From contig CM075983.1 of assembly GCA_038087875.1 (NCBI GenBank), positions 36,394,001 to 36,458,000 of the forward strand: 64,000 bases of DNA. The letters are read 5' to 3'. The position numbers and the translations under genes are program-made. Under the pieces are notes generated by a model, which did not search any database, was not told the origin of the DNA, and was given only the letters and a program-made list of their open reading frames with translations. This document shows positions 25,548-39,457 of the stretch, piece after piece (position 1 is the first letter of the stretch; the number at the start of each line of letters is the position of its first letter). The DNA is from Malacoraja senta (taxonomy: Eukaryota).

Positions 25548-27629
25548 AATCTATTTCTGCCACCATGCATATTTAATTTTTTTTAAAGATATTCTACTCA
25601 GCATGTAGCAAATTACTGGAAAAGACATAAGGCTCAAAACAAGCCTTAATGCAGTTTCCTTTTCATTAACATGCTATTATAATACACAAGAGGCAGGCAA
25701 CAGTTCCTTTATAATGGTGGTGGAAAAGGTTGAATACTGGAATGGACAACATAGCACACAGATAACATAATAAGGTAAATTGTGAGAGCACTTTATAATC
25801 ATAAGTTCCACAATATTTTGTTTTTTTGCATTTGCAATAACTGATGTTGATTTTTTTTTAAACCTATAACAGTGGCCTCCCTCAGTCCCCTGGGCCCCAG
25901 CTCCAATCCTTCCCTCTTTAGTTTGATATGCGTGTCACACCCTAGAGAGTGAGTGACTGTAAATTTCCCAAACTGCATGCCGTGTGCGAGCTCCTGAAGG
26001 CATCAGCTTGTAATGGAAATGCTGAAGCATAGCTCGGGTGTTTACTGCACGCTATCACAGATGATTAGGATGGTGGTCATCATATAAGCATTACAAACTG
26101 CTGGCTGGACAAAAAAACCCAGAGAATTAGAGTTGGAAAAAAAAAATCAGCACTGCAAAAATCTTGACTAAAATGAAGTGCAGGAGGATCTGCAGTGGTC
26201 AGTGGCATGACATGAGTGCGAATAAATCACGTCAAGGAGCTGAGGTGCAGGGATTGACCTTAAATTGGCCATGCACCTTTTATTTTGGTTTAACCAACAT
26301 CAAATAGCAAAATTTCTAATGTGTTTCTTGTTCAGAGGCCTTCTGTTGGCTCCTGACTCATTGGTAGTAATTAATATATTGATCGTGCTCAGAAGGAAAT
26401 CTTTGAGCATCACTCCCTCGATTTTTATTGTAATTTGAAGCTACTCTCTACTTAGAGGCCATTTTCATTGAGCATAAATCCAAAATAGAACAGTCAGATA
26501 TCAGCATCATAGTGCATGATTTACATTGTGGCAATGTAATGCAGAGCATGATTTGAAGTAATGTCAGGAGCATCATTTTGTACATGAAAGAGATATTGTT
26601 TTGGTGGCTTAAATGTACTGTAAGTACGTGTCAGACTATGTGTCAGAGAAATTTAGACAAACACACACAAGGTATAAAATGTATAAATACAAAGCTGGCC
26701 CAGAAAATATAAGCAGAATGAATAGGTTACTGGTAGTTTAGTTCCAGTCAGGGACTCGTGGACCTCAAAGACACAGGAACAGGATATCAGGGCCTTTAAA
26801 TTTATTGTGGTTTCCTCTGTATTGGATACATAGTGATGATTTCATATAGGTTTTCATTGATTGACATCACATACCCACACCATATGTAAACTTATTTACA
26901 ACTTCAGCAGCAAGCTTTAAGTAATAACACAGAAGGAAGGATGTCTTTGAAATTCCAGAAAATGGAGAAACAATCTTCTGAAGCCTGTTTCAAACCAACT
27001 CAAGTAAATAAATGCTGGCAGGATATTAAGTGGCCAAAGCGTTTCTGTGGCACAAAAGCCATAAATAATACAAAACAACCAGTTTGAGCACTTTTATTAA
27101 GGCTCAACCCGATTTAGCAGGTCAGTACAGAAAACCTTAATGTACAGATGAAGTAATCTGTAAAAGTCCAGATCTTTAATCACGCTAACATTTGAATGAC
27201 TCTTCTTTATACGTTATGATGTTATGAATTAATAGGAAATTCCTAAAAGAGATAGCAGGTCAGATCTTGCTCATTTGGTCCCATTGCCTGCAATCACCAC
27301 CTACAGTTCCTCCCCATGCACTTGCTTACCAAATCCTGATGCAGAGGTCCAATATTGTAGTCCTGAAGCAACTTTAGCCATGACTTTAGCCACGAGACAG
27401 AGCAGTGGCAGGGCCTCTGGTGACGCAGCCATGGGGCGATGCCCTGGAAACAGGTCTGATAGCACTGACAGCTGTCAAAACCCCACCCTCAGCCTTAGCA
27501 GCGGCAAAGGGTGTGAGGGATGTTTATAAGCTTTTAACTGTCCTTAATGTTCAAGAGTATTAAAAGAAGGTTAAAATTATTAATTTTAAAAAGTCACCTT
27601 GAAACATAGATGATTACAGAAAATATTTG

Positions 27630-27830
27630 CAAGACTCATTAAGTCAGGCCATATCTGCAGAAAGAAAATCAGTTAACTTTCAGGTCGAGCGCCCTTTGTC
27701 AGTTGAGATGAAGAGATCTGGACCTAAATGTTTAGTGGGTTTCTTCCTATTGATGCTGCCTATTGATGAATGTTTCCAGCACTCTCCATTTTTAATTCAA
27801 ATTTCTAATATCTGTGCATTTTTTTTGTTT
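27630..27830. mobile_element. Highly degenerate Penelope pLTR fold-back
   Basis: agttaactttcaggtcgag...tgtcag and ...gacctaaatgtt...tgatgctgcc...ttccagcac in inverted arrangement. Confidence 0.5.
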
Positions 27831-28829
27831 TAATTTTCAACAAAAATAGTTGAACTCGTTAAATCAAAGCAAAAATGCAAAACTAATTAAGGAAAGTAAA
27901 CTTCCTTCCCCTTTGCCTTCTAATCCCCAGCCTGCAGTACCAATTGAAATCAATGGAGCCTGAGGTTCTGAGAACCAATTGCCCAACATACGTGGTGGGA
28001 AATCTTAACACAACAGGACTCCGCAGTGACAGAGTGAAGTGACAGTTTCAGTGTTCCTGGAACTTGAGTATTTGACAGGGCACATGCAGAGGTCCTGGAC
28101 TTAATGTTGCTTAATCCACTAAATGCTGATGGTCCCATTTACAGTTGTTAGCATGAACATTGCACATCAGTCCAAAATCTTTACACCAGGATGTCACTGT
28201 ACAGTGTGGACGTGAATATTTAATGCATTATTTATTATTTAATATAAAATTAACAATAACTGTATATGCTTTGTTTCAAAGGTACAATTGTGCCACTGAT
28301 ATTTTGGACATAACTTTGGTCCTTAATCTTAATTCATTTTTAATATCATCTGTTTATCCATATCATAAATGTTCCCTGTGGCGTGGATGGGGCTAATGGC
28401 TTAATAATTCAAAAACTGAGCATGCAAAAATAAAACTTACCGAAAGGTTGTTCATACTGCCTTTTTATTTCTGTTTGTGGAGTTACTGCAATGTTAGGGG
28501 CATGTCCACACAGTCCAGTATTGCAACAATCTTACTGACGATGCATTCATATAATTTAACTGGACTATAATTGGCAAGGTCTTCACATCTCATGCCACAA
28601 ATTCCTCTACTAGAACCGGGCCAATGCTTTTATCTTATTGTCCAGACTTGTTAATTGATTTTACAGGATTAAGGTTGTCAACTTTGTAATGAAATCATAA
28701 CCTTGAGCACCAGCCTTTTACAGAGCAAGTGACCACATTGTCCATGTTTTCTTTTGAAATTGTGCACTATATTTGGGAGATTGGGGCCAGAGTTTACAAG
28801 AATTGCTCCTTTGTCATAGACCAACTACG

Positions 28830-29123
28830 ATGGGAGAATCTAAAACCAGAGGGCACAGAGTAAAAGGACATACCTTTAGAATGGAGATGAAGAGGAATTT
28901 CTTTAACCAGAGGGTGGTGAGTCTGTGGAATTAATCACCACAGAAGGCTTCAGAGGTGGTCATTGTGTATTTTTAAAGCAGAGGTTCATAGGTTCTTGAT
29001 GAGTAAGGGTGTCAAAGGTTATGGGGAGAAGGCAGGAGAATATGGTTGATAGGGAAAAATAGATCAGTCATGATCAAAAGGCAGAGCATACTTGATGGGC
29101 CGAATGGCCTACTTCTGCCCTTA
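28830..29123 (+). mobile_element. Older CR1 3' end
   Basis: gagatgaagaggaatttctttaaccagagggtggtg...ggttatggggagaaggcagg...gggccgaatggcctac. Confidence 0.85.
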
Positions 29124-29758
29124 TAAAAAAGAAACTGGAATTAATGGTGTAAGCACAAAGGAAATCTTACACAGTTTCGCACCATCTGAATGGAAGAGGA
29201 AGATTGTACATATTAAGTGGTGGATTATTACAGTAGAAGATTGTAGGCTCTGCTAGACTTGCAGGGTGTTTACTGGTCACAGCTCATTTGGTAAGTGTGA
29301 GTTCTGGGCTGAGAGTTACATGAACATGTAGTCAGAGAGAGTTGGCAGACTACTTATAAATAACAGAAATAAAAGTATTTTTTGAACTGGAAAAGTAAAC
29401 TTGCAGATAGCAAATTGAAAGCACACGGCAATTTCTCTTTTATATGACTTGAGAAACCTCACACCGATCTGCCCTGCCGATCAGTTCATCAAATGCCATC
29501 TGGGAGGCCAAATAGAGAAATGAAGTGTCTCCCACTAAGAATGAAATGAAGTGCCTCCCACAAAGGATCTGAATGGGCAGATTAATGTCACCTGTTCCAA
29601 ATTTTAGGATACATGGCCATGATATCTTCATTTTTGTGGCAGATCACTACAGAGGCACCTGTGGATTCTGTTGAAGGTTGTCCACAATCTTTGAGGTCAA
29701 AGCCAATTGTCCTTGTTGTATGGTCAGTGATGATATAACTACTCTGCACTGGATATGT

Positions 29759-29916
29759 GTAGGAAGGAACAGCAGATGCTGGTTTAAATTGAAGATAGAC
29801 ATAAAATGCTGGAGTAACTCGGTGGGACAGGCAGCATATCTGGAGAGAAGGAATGGGTGGCATTTCGGGTGGTCTGAAACGTCACCCATTCCTTCTCCAG
29901 AGATACTGCCTGTCTA
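29759..29916. mobile_element. Penelope pLTR fold-back mini-element with exact 16-bp TSD
   Basis: Inverted arms (ctggagagaaggaatgggtg / cacccattccttctccag); tctgcactggatatgt at 29743-29758 and 29917-29932. Confidence 0.88.
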
Positions 29917-32900
29917 TCTGCACTGGATATGTCCTATATCCCTTGTATTTGGAGATTGGGTCTGTGTCTCACATGGGTGCTGGCTGGTGTTAAAAATCAT
30001 TGTTGGTAGTGTTTTGTGAATGGGTATGATGTCGTTCTGTTTTATGATAAATGGCAGGTCAGTTCAATCTTACTTTTTTCCCCATTGAAGCCAAGGGTTA
30101 AATTCAAGGAGCATCTAAAAGAAAATTGTGATTTACTATTGTTTGTATGTGCAAGCACCCTAGATCAATTTAGCCCCTGATGTTATAAGGCCTTGTTGTG
30201 AAGCAAATCAGTTCAAAATGCTAAGTTAGCAGATATGTGCCTTGGGGGAGACTCTGTGTGATCTTGAAAGTCAAGAGGAATGTCAGAAGTACAAATAATC
30301 AAATGCAAGTAAACAATTGCTACCTGGCATGAATATTTACGATTCATGTAAATACATTCTCCACAAATGTTTTTTCAAACAAAAAGGTTGGAGCAGAATT
30401 TAAGCACAAATAGAGAGAGGAAATGGAAAGAATAATGTCCTGGCAAGATGCCACCGTAAGGATCTGAGGACATGTTTTATATCTCAGCTTTGACCGTGCA
30501 TCATTTTTTGTCTATGATGCATGTAGAATAGCAACAATCTCAGTTTTGGCCGAACGTTAATATTGGCCAACAGCTGGGATTGAAATCTCTTGCACACTTA
30601 GCTGGCTACTAGGAAATCTTACCATCTGATGGATGATTCTCTCTCATATTGAGCATTCAACTTGGAATTCTCTGTCTTGACTCCTAACAGAAATGCTAGT
30701 TTGTCGCTGTTGAGTTCTTCCTCTTTAAACATAATTTCAGGATCAGATGAACCCTGAACTCAGCATCTATACACAAAGTGTTCAATCCCATATCCTCTCT
30801 CAGAAAATGCTGACAAATTTCCACTACTATAACCTTGCCAGCTTCTGCCGTGAACTTATCTACAAATGGAATCTTAATCCTACAACCTGAACTTCTGGGA
30901 CCTGGCCCACCATGTGGTTTGCCTGCATACCGTTGCTCACACACAAACTCCTATACTGGATGCAAAGAGCCATTCTCACTGACCCTCTGCACCCTGTCTT
31001 CAGGCAGGGAAGTGCAGGTGGTAACTAGTCTTCCAGTGGCATAGTCCTGAGGTTCTCTCCCTGGAACTGTCCTGACAAAACACAAAGCTGGGGGCAGATC
31101 TTTCCCTTGTGTGGTATGAAAGGGCAGTTTGGCCATTCTTAAATATTTCTGACATTTACAGCCTATTTGAAAACATTAAAATTAAATATTAATTTGTAAG
31201 TAAAAATGATTAAAACCTTTTGTCATATAAAATAAATGGAAGTGTATTAAAAGCTACCAAAAAAACTTAGGAATCATTTTAAACATGCAACTAAAATAAT
31301 AAAAACCTATATAACTATTAAACAATGAATCATGATTAATGAGGTAATTAGAAAATTAATTACGATGGAACCTGTTTGAATTCTACTGTTAACCAACAGT
31401 AGATCATTATTTTTGACCAGTTCAAAGTAAAACATTTTGCCTTAATAACCTCCAGACATAAAATAGTCATTGTGTTCCAATGTCTGTAACCTCCTTTAGA
31501 ACTATGAACCTTCAATCTTTACATTGCTTTATTTCTATTGTTTGTGCAGTCACATTTTCCTTCACCCTACCATTGAAGGCCATGTGACTCACTATCAAGC
31601 AGCTTTGTTAAACTTATTTTTGTCATACAATAGAATAACTTCTTAAAATGAGATGCTATTAATGGAGACAACCAGCAAGTCAGGTCATTCACATTTGTGT
31701 CCAACTGGTTTGATTATCTCTCACTCTTCAAATATTCTTTCCCTGACTTATGAATTATTTTTCTCTAAGCTCACTCTCTCTCTTCCTTCGTATCACATCC
31801 CATTCTGCAGTGTCTTATTCTTCTAGCATTTCCGATGTGGTCCGCACAATGATCTCGCCCAGCGGCCCATGTGGCATCCCACACACGTGGCAACCTGAAT
31901 TGTCTCACCGTTACCATCGCACTCTGTATAACCGTGATATCAATTATACCCTGTACAGCCCCACACATCAAGCATGCTGCTCTATCTTTGTCTGTTTGAT
32001 TCATCCAGAGCACCCTCTTACACTGTACAGTACTTCCCTCACCCATCATTTCTGATTTATTTGGTTCCTCAATTACTGAACACCTCAGGCTTATAATTCC
32101 CAATCAGTGATTTCATTATTTTATAACCTCTCTCAATCCCTTTCTTTAAAAACTCTCTTTTCTCCTGACTGACTTCATATTTCCACTTGAACGTTACAAT
32201 TTTTAAAGCATTCCTTTAACCGAAAGCACCCTATTCTCTAATTCCTTTCTTACGTCTACTTCTATCTTATTCTCTTTCTTTATTACCAACTCTTTGATCA
32301 ATCTTTGATCATTTCTTCTCATCTCTTTTGTTTTGCTTGGCATCTGTGTTTGGTTGTAACGGTTCTGTGAGGTGTCCCAGATCACGTTTCTGCAACCGAT
32401 TTGCAGGATTCACGTTCCTGTGTAATTATAAGTTGTGCTGTTTTAATGCATAAGTAGGTAGGAGGATGAGTTAGTTATCTGTTCAGCTCTTTAAAGCTGA
32501 TTATCAGTGTAATAAGATCATGACTGGTCTGTGCCATAAATCCATATATCTGCCTTTTACTTTATTCCATTATAACCTTGGTTAACAATAATCAATCAAT
32601 TTCAGATTAATAAATTAAAAATTAACCTGGAGCCAATTCACATTAATGGAACAGTTCCAATTTTTTACCTTCATCGGTATGTGGACGTCATACCTAAATC
32701 CAGCCCTACGAGATATGGTTCCAATGTTTTGATGATATCTTATGGACTAAGATCTTCTAATAATGGCTGTAGTTATTTCCTGCAAGTGGTATATAACCTC
32801 TATTTGTTCTTCCTATAATTCCTAAACCTGTTCTTAACTTGCGCAAAGCTCTCTGCAAGAACTTCCTGATTGAAACTAGCTCTAACCTGATTGATAAACC

Positions 32901-33125
32901 CGAGATAAATACTTTGACAGCCAGAGAAGCCATACTGCTGGCAGAATCTGCTGTGAAACGTTGTCGACTGGCATGAATACTTATAAATGTCTCAGGTCTC
33001 GTCCAGTGGAGGCAGATTCTCAATTACAGGAAGCTAACACTTCCCAAATGAACATTACGAGGAGTTCACCAGTATAGACATTTCTGCCTTCATTATTCTT
33101 TGTCAGAGGACTACAAATCTGCCAG

Positions 33126-33332
33126 AAGGTAGACAATGGTGCTGGAGAAACTCAGCGGGTGCAGCAGCATCTATGGAGCGAAGGAAATAGGCAACGTTTT
33201 GGGCCGAAACCCTTCTTCAGACTCGCGTCTCGTTGCCTATTTCCTTCGCTCCATAAATGCCTCCGCACCCGCTGAGTTTCTCCAGCACTTTTGTCTACCT
33301 TCGATTTTCCAGCATCTGCAGTTCCTTCTTAA
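33126..33332. mobile_element. Penelope pLTR fold-back mini-element with exact 13-bp TSD
   Basis: About 70-bp inverted arms 33126-33196 / 33231-33301; acaaatctgccag at 33113-33125 and 33333-33345. Confidence 0.92.
33190..33223 (-). ncRNA. Minimal hammerhead ribozyme core, G12 mutated
   Basis: Minus strand agt CTGAAGA A GGG tttcgg CCC aAAA CG TT gcc. Confidence 0.6.
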
Positions 33333-34124
33333 ACAAATCTGCCAGTTGCTTTATGTCTCCAACAACCAACTGTGGAAGCGATATCTGAAATGCACTATTG
33401 CATGTCCAATGATTGCTAATGCAGGTTGTTGAAATCAGCTTCAAAGTTCGCAGATAGATCTAATTAGACACTAAATGCCTTGCCCAACCTAATGACAAAA
33501 TCCACAAGTCCATTGGCATGGTGGATTCATTTTCTTCCACAAGTGGTATCTCTATTTATTTCTTCCACACAGTATTAACCCACTGACCTCTCCCCAGATC
33601 TACTAGTACTTATTTTTTGCAAAGGATAGGTTATGCTTGATATATTAGGCTGCTTGGTGAGTTACTCCAGCTCTCTGTGTCTACCTTCAGCTTAATCCAA
33701 CATCTGCAGTTTCTTCCTACACATGGTGCACATTATTGTGGAAGTTATAAAATAAGGATTGTAAAAATAATTCAAAATATACCACTTCTCAATAAACAGA
33801 TACCTGCAGTGGGGTGGTGGCAACATAACTCTGTGGTGTCCACGTTTCCACTGACATGTCATGGAGCAAGTGCGATCTTGAGCTGGTGAATTGCTTGAAT
33901 AGAGTTGCTCAGGCTCTCATCTTATTTCTCCTACAATTGTGGTTGCACTAATCTTCATCCATGTGTAGGCTGAGCACATTTATGGGGATGTAACAAAATT
34001 CTGGTAATGACAAACATGTTCCAAGGCAGAATGGTATCTTCATTGTATTTCCTTTGCCAAGAATCCAAATATGAGTTTATATAATGTGCATATCTTACCA
34101 CATCTCCTTGAGCTGGGAAAAAGA

Positions 34125-34262
34125 TTCTTGATTAGTACAAGTGTCAGAGGTTATGGGGTGAAGGCAGGAGGGTGAGGTTAGGAGGGAGAGATAGATCAGC
34201 CATGATTGAATGGCAGTGTAGATGATGGGCTGAATGGCCTAATTCTATACCTATCCCTTATG
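34125..34262 (+). mobile_element. CR1 3' tail fragment
   Basis: gtcagaggttatggggtgaaggcagg...atcagccatgattgaatgg...gggctgaatggcctaattc. Confidence 0.75.
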
Positions 34263-34749
34263 ACATGCAACTATTGTTCCTTCTACCAGCAATGGGACAA
34301 CCAAGTGATGTGAGTAATCACCGACAGTCACCTCACTCTGATCTCCCTGATGCCACCAATTGGCATTTGCTATTAGAATATCCTTACAGGAAGCTGGTGG
34401 CCTTCTGACCTCAGAAAAGCACCCCAGTACAGAGAAATTCTATAATCATTATGTTCAAGATCAGGATCTAGATGTTTGAATCACTGATCCAGAGAAATGG
34501 ACTTGAATACCATCATAAAAATTGGGGAACTTCAATTATAAAGTGATTAAACAACTTTGAAATAAAAATAAAATAGCTCCTACCAATAATGGTGGTCATA
34601 AAACTGAGAGATTGTAATGCAACAAATTTGAGCCATTCAGGTCATTACGCCTTTGCTGTTTGCAAAATAGTTGCCCAAGCAAAGCCCATCTTCCATTGGC
34701 GCATTTCTGACATCACTTCCATTCCCCTGAAGATCTTAATTACGCAGAT

Positions 34750-35435
34750 CACATTCAAATATTGTTAAAATCTGATGAGTTTATCTTCCTCAAACAACAT
34801 TGCAGACAGGAGGGTTCAAACTACTATCATCCTCTGGATGACACTTTTCTTTCTTCTCATTCCCGATCTTTCTAAATGTACTGTATGCCCCCTGATTTAA
34901 GACCCCTCTGCTCAAGGAGATTAGGTTTTCCTATTTAAAATATGTAGGTCCCTCATTATTCTATGCACCCATATGAGATCTCCCTTCAGTATCGTCTGTT
35001 CCAAAGAAAACAACTTATCTTTTGCAATCTTTGATTGTATCGGCAATTTTCTTAACCCAGTAACACGATCATAACTCCTCTCTGCCTTTCCTCCAGTGCA
35101 ATCACACATTTCCTGTATTGTGGTGACCAGGACTGTACACAGTACTCGATATATAGCCTGATCTGTGTTGAATACATTTCTAGCAAGGCTAATAAAGCAA
35201 AGTATCCCACAGGCCCTTTTAACCACCTTATTGTTTTGTCCTGCTTCTTGTAGACATATATTCCGAGTTCTCTCTGTTCTTCCATACCACTCAATATTGC
35301 ACTGTCCCTCCCAAAATGCATTTTCTCACACTTTTCTACATTAAAATCTATGATCCACTGTTTCTGCAACTCTCCAAACCATCCATATCTTCCTACAACT
35401 AAAACGTTCCTTCTCACTGTCAACCACACAGCCAT
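34750..35435 (-). mobile_element. Old CR1 RT fragment
   Basis: FNVEKCEKMHFGR, YIEYCVQSWSPQYRK, LFSLEQ..LKGDLI in shifted frames. Confidence 0.8.
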
Positions 35436-35490
35436 TTGTTGTGTTATATTTAAGCTTATTTATCATTCCCACAGTTAAAACTGGGACTTA

Positions 35491-35660
35491 TGGGCCCGTC
35501 CCACTTATGCAACTTTTCAGGCGACCGCGGGAGACTATGCAGACGCCACATGGTCGCATTCATGGTCGCCTTCATGGTCGTGAGGAGTTCCCATATTCTG
35601 GAAAATGGTCGTGGCCTCATTATGGTCGCCGCAAATTTTTCAACATGTTCAACATAAAAA
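35491..35660. mobile_element. Left half of a Harbinger-like MITE
   Basis: tta|tgggcccgtcccactt terminus and tggtcg repeats, truncated at the central AT-rich palindrome. Confidence 0.65.
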
Positions 35661-35689
35661 TAATGGTAGACAATAATTACAGTGGTCCC

Positions 35690-35803
35690 CCCGAAACATC
35701 ACCCATTGCTTCTATCCAGAGATGCTGCCTATCCAGCTGAGTTACACCAGCATTTTGTGTCTATCTTCAATGTAAACCAGCATCTGCAGTTCCTTCCTAC
35801 ATA
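35690..35803 (+). mobile_element. Penelope pLTR fragment
   Basis: ccgaaacatcaccc...gagatgctgcc...cagcatctgcagttccttcctac. Confidence 0.8.
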
Positions 35804-36539
35804 TCAAGTAAGGTTAAAATGAGATTTGCGCCATGCATTCACTGATTATTCATTGAGAACTTAATTAAAACATAGTTTTATTGTCTCAATGTGATAGAAG
35901 GCTTTAATACTGAAATACAGATGAGATAACGGGAGAATTGGTGCCTGCTTCACTCAACAACAACTTGTCTTATACCTTTAAATACTTTATATTACACCTT
36001 AACTCCGAAGGCCATTCACAATAGATTTGTTTCATGTTGTTTCATGCTGAGTCATGTGTGTTTTTTAAACCAGGTAACTGAATTTTCCCCCCAAAATGTA
36101 GGTTTAAAGGAGGAAGGAGATTAAAAAAGTGAGAGTTTTAGGGGGGAAATTGGCATGCATAATACAACTTTCCCAAAACAATCTTCTGCTCCAATTAATT
36201 TTTACACAAAACTTCAGTACTATTGAGGCTTTTTCAGCTGTCCTCCTTTCTACCTCAAATGACTTACCATCTATGGACTGTATGGAGATTATTAATCAGT
36301 TTGCTTCATCTTTCCAAGTCTCAATATCCATGGACCATTGAATATACCTTGTGATTCCATGATCTACCATCCATTTTTAGCGCCTGCCATTTTAGCAGTA
36401 GATGCCCCAAACTATCCTTCTCTGTCCCAGCAAAATATCAAGCACCCATTTATCCTGCAATAATCCTGCACAAATCTCATTTTATTTCACCAATTCTCTT
36501 CATTTTCCTTCCAGATTTTACCATCCACCAAAATACCTG

Positions 36540-36710
36540 AGCAATTTACAGTGGTTACTTAGTCCATCAACCCAAATATCATCAGGGTGTGGAAGAGAAC
36601 CCATGTGATCACAGGGAGAATGTGTAAACTCCCCTCAGACAGCATTGGAGGTCAGGATTGAACCTGTGCCCTTGGAGTTGTAAGGCAACTGCTTTAGCTG
36701 CCCCACTATG
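36540..36710 (-). mobile_element. Degenerate V-SINE
   Basis: tcacagggagaatgtgtaaactcc...caggattgaacc is the reverse complement of the V domain and B box. Confidence 0.65.
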
Positions 36711-38189
36711 AAGACCAACATTGGCCCTATAATTTGTTGAATTTGTGCAAATTTAATTCTATTCATGCCGTTAGAAAAAAATAGTGATTTCCAATATCTA
36801 TACAAGAATCTCACATCTTAAAAATTCACATTCTTTTTGTATGTAAATGATTTTAGACAATAATTACAGTGGTCCCTTCATAACTCATCCGCTAAAGAAC
36901 TTAAATCCAAAGAAGGCTGGAACAAGGAGAGAGATTTGGTAGTGATTTTTTGTGCAACTGGAAGATAATCCCCAAAGCACAGGGCTTAAAAAGGGCAATA
37001 TGTTTTTCTAAAAGTTCAATAAGGTTATTGTTGGAAACACTGTTACAGGATCAGAATCTGAGCTGTAGTCAATAACTTTGCACATTTAATAATATAAACT
37101 CAATTGGCCTATTGCTTGAATTAGATACAGGTTTTCTTTTTCCTTTAAAAGGTTCACACATTATCAGGTCTCACTGCAATGCTCCTAATTTAATGCCTTT
37201 ATTACTGTCTTTTTTCAGCTTTAACATCTAACCAGCCAGCACTGCAGGTATTGTCCTGTGGGAACTATATACTTCATTCACATTGAATGATGACTGAAAT
37301 TCAGGCATTAATCTACAGAGCTTAGCTTAATTTAAATAGAATTTGGAAGAAAAATGGGTCAATTTGATTGTGATGTCCAGTTATAGGTTTCATAGCCTCT
37401 AACACATGCCTCTCCCATGGCAGCAATTTTTATTTTCTGGATGCATTTCAAGTGCTCGTTCAACTGGTAAGGAAGGTGAAAATGCTTCAATGAGATAGGG
37501 TCATATAATATATCTTTGTTTATTGTATTGGTTCAGCTGTGTGCACAAAATGTTATATATTTCATATAGTTGCGACTTCATAAAGGTAAAGATAATTGTG
37601 CTGGAAGATTACTTTACTGTGTTTAAAATCATCTGGGTTTTCTGATGAAACAACATTGTAATGCCAAAGGCAGGCTGCATGGGAATCAAAACAATGCACA
37701 GAACTCTGAGTTTGATCGCAACAAATCAATTACCTGGTGCTTCACTTGTTAAACCGTAACCGTTCCTCGTAGAATAAACCATGCAAACCAGAAATATTTC
37801 AAATTTTGTTTGTGTTTGTGCTGATGTTTCTGACCCTGGCATAATAATCCAGATTTTAGATTTCAAGCATTGTAAATGTCTACTATGTTTTAGAACTCCT
37901 TTTTAAATTATGCTGCTTAGTTAAATTGCCCCTCCTGAATCATCACACTAAAATGCATCATTTCATTTTATTTATGCCCTTCTGAAAGATACCATAATCT
38001 TGTTTACATCTTTTCTGAATTTTGTTCCTTCTAACATATTGAAAATTATACCCTCTACACCCAACCATTTATACTGAAAAACTAATCCATGTGGAACATC
38101 AAAAATGAACACAGAAATGCTGGAAGTACTCAGTCAGGCAAACAGCATCTGTGGAATGAGAAACAAGTTAATTATTCTGTCTTGCTGAT

Positions 38190-38380
38190 GTTCGGAGTAG
38201 TTTGTTGTCCTGACACCATGACACAAGGTTCTCACTTTTTTACTGTACATTGTCTCATTCTTATGATTGATCTGTCTGACCAAAGTGGTATCATTGATGA
38301 ATTTAAAGATGAAGACATGGTACACTGGGATGTTGCAACAAGGGAAGTTAGCATGAGAAGGGTAATGCATACTGGTAGAA
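38190..38380 (-). mobile_element. Rex/Babar-like RT remnant
   Basis: IFKFINDTTLVRQINHKNETMYSKKV resembles KFADDTTLVGLI...DETAYREEV. Confidence 0.55.
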
Positions 38381-39211
38381 ATGATGAAGACCAATGCTTT
38401 TGCAATATTTTTCTTTAATCTTTACAATAGTTGGCATATCTTCTGTTGCTTTTCTTTCCTACTTTTGCTCAGATTTCCTCCCTTTCTAAGAGCAAGTTTT
38501 TGCCAACTTCAATGGAATGCTACTACCTTCATCTTCTATTCCACCCTTGTCCCCCCTTTCATTCCATTCATGTTTAGATGCTGGAAGAGCATTCATTTAA
38601 TTCCTTCTCTGAATTGCTTTGACAATTTGTCTTGTTTAACAGAAACTGCCCAACGTTTTTCATGTAAAATTGGTGGTATAATATGTGCCCATTTCCATAA
38701 TTGCAAATACTCTTTCAGGGTCATTAAGACATTGGCATTAAGATTGTGTAGACTAGGCTGTTGTCAGTTGGGAAATGCACATTATAAGCGACGAGCAAAA
38801 ATAAAATTGTAATCAAAATAATTAGAAAGTCAGATGACTAAATGTCTATTCAGTAATTTATGGTCCAAATGTCGGTATATTTAGCATCCAAATTTTAAAA
38901 TTATATACATTCAAAACGGTAAACAAAAATATTGTATACAATACTGGGATCATAGAATCAAAATGGTGCCTGTATCAAGGATCTGAAACCAAAGCATTTA
39001 AAATATTTCATTCATATTCTAAATTCTTCAAAATTTCTACCTCTATGGGCTGAGAATGCTTAGTCAGTGAGTATAATCAGGTCAGACAATTTATTTTTGG
39101 GTACTGATGGCTCTTTGGGAAAATTGGTAGTAGATGAGCCATTGTGTTTAATGCTAGGGTGGTCTCAGGGGACCCATGTTTCCCATGTTCTCAGTAAACG
39201 TTTTAAAAATA

Positions 39212-39457
39212 TAGGGATACCTTTAAGGTGAGAGGGAGAAAGTTTAAAGGAGATGTGTGGGGTAGGTTTATTACACAGATGAACGTGGTTGCCTGAAACT
39301 TGCTTCCAGGGTGGTGGTGGAGGAATATAGTGGCAGTTACGAGGTTTTTAGATAGGCACATGGATAAGCAAGGAATGAAATGATATGGATCATGAGCAGG
39401 CAAAGGAGACGAGTTGAAGAGCCTGTTCCTGTGCTGTACAATTCAATGTTCTATGTT
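39212..39457 (+). mobile_element. CR1 (HER1-type) 3' end
   Basis: tttaaggtgagaggg...gcctgttcctgtgctgtac...tgttctatgtt tail. Confidence 0.8.
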
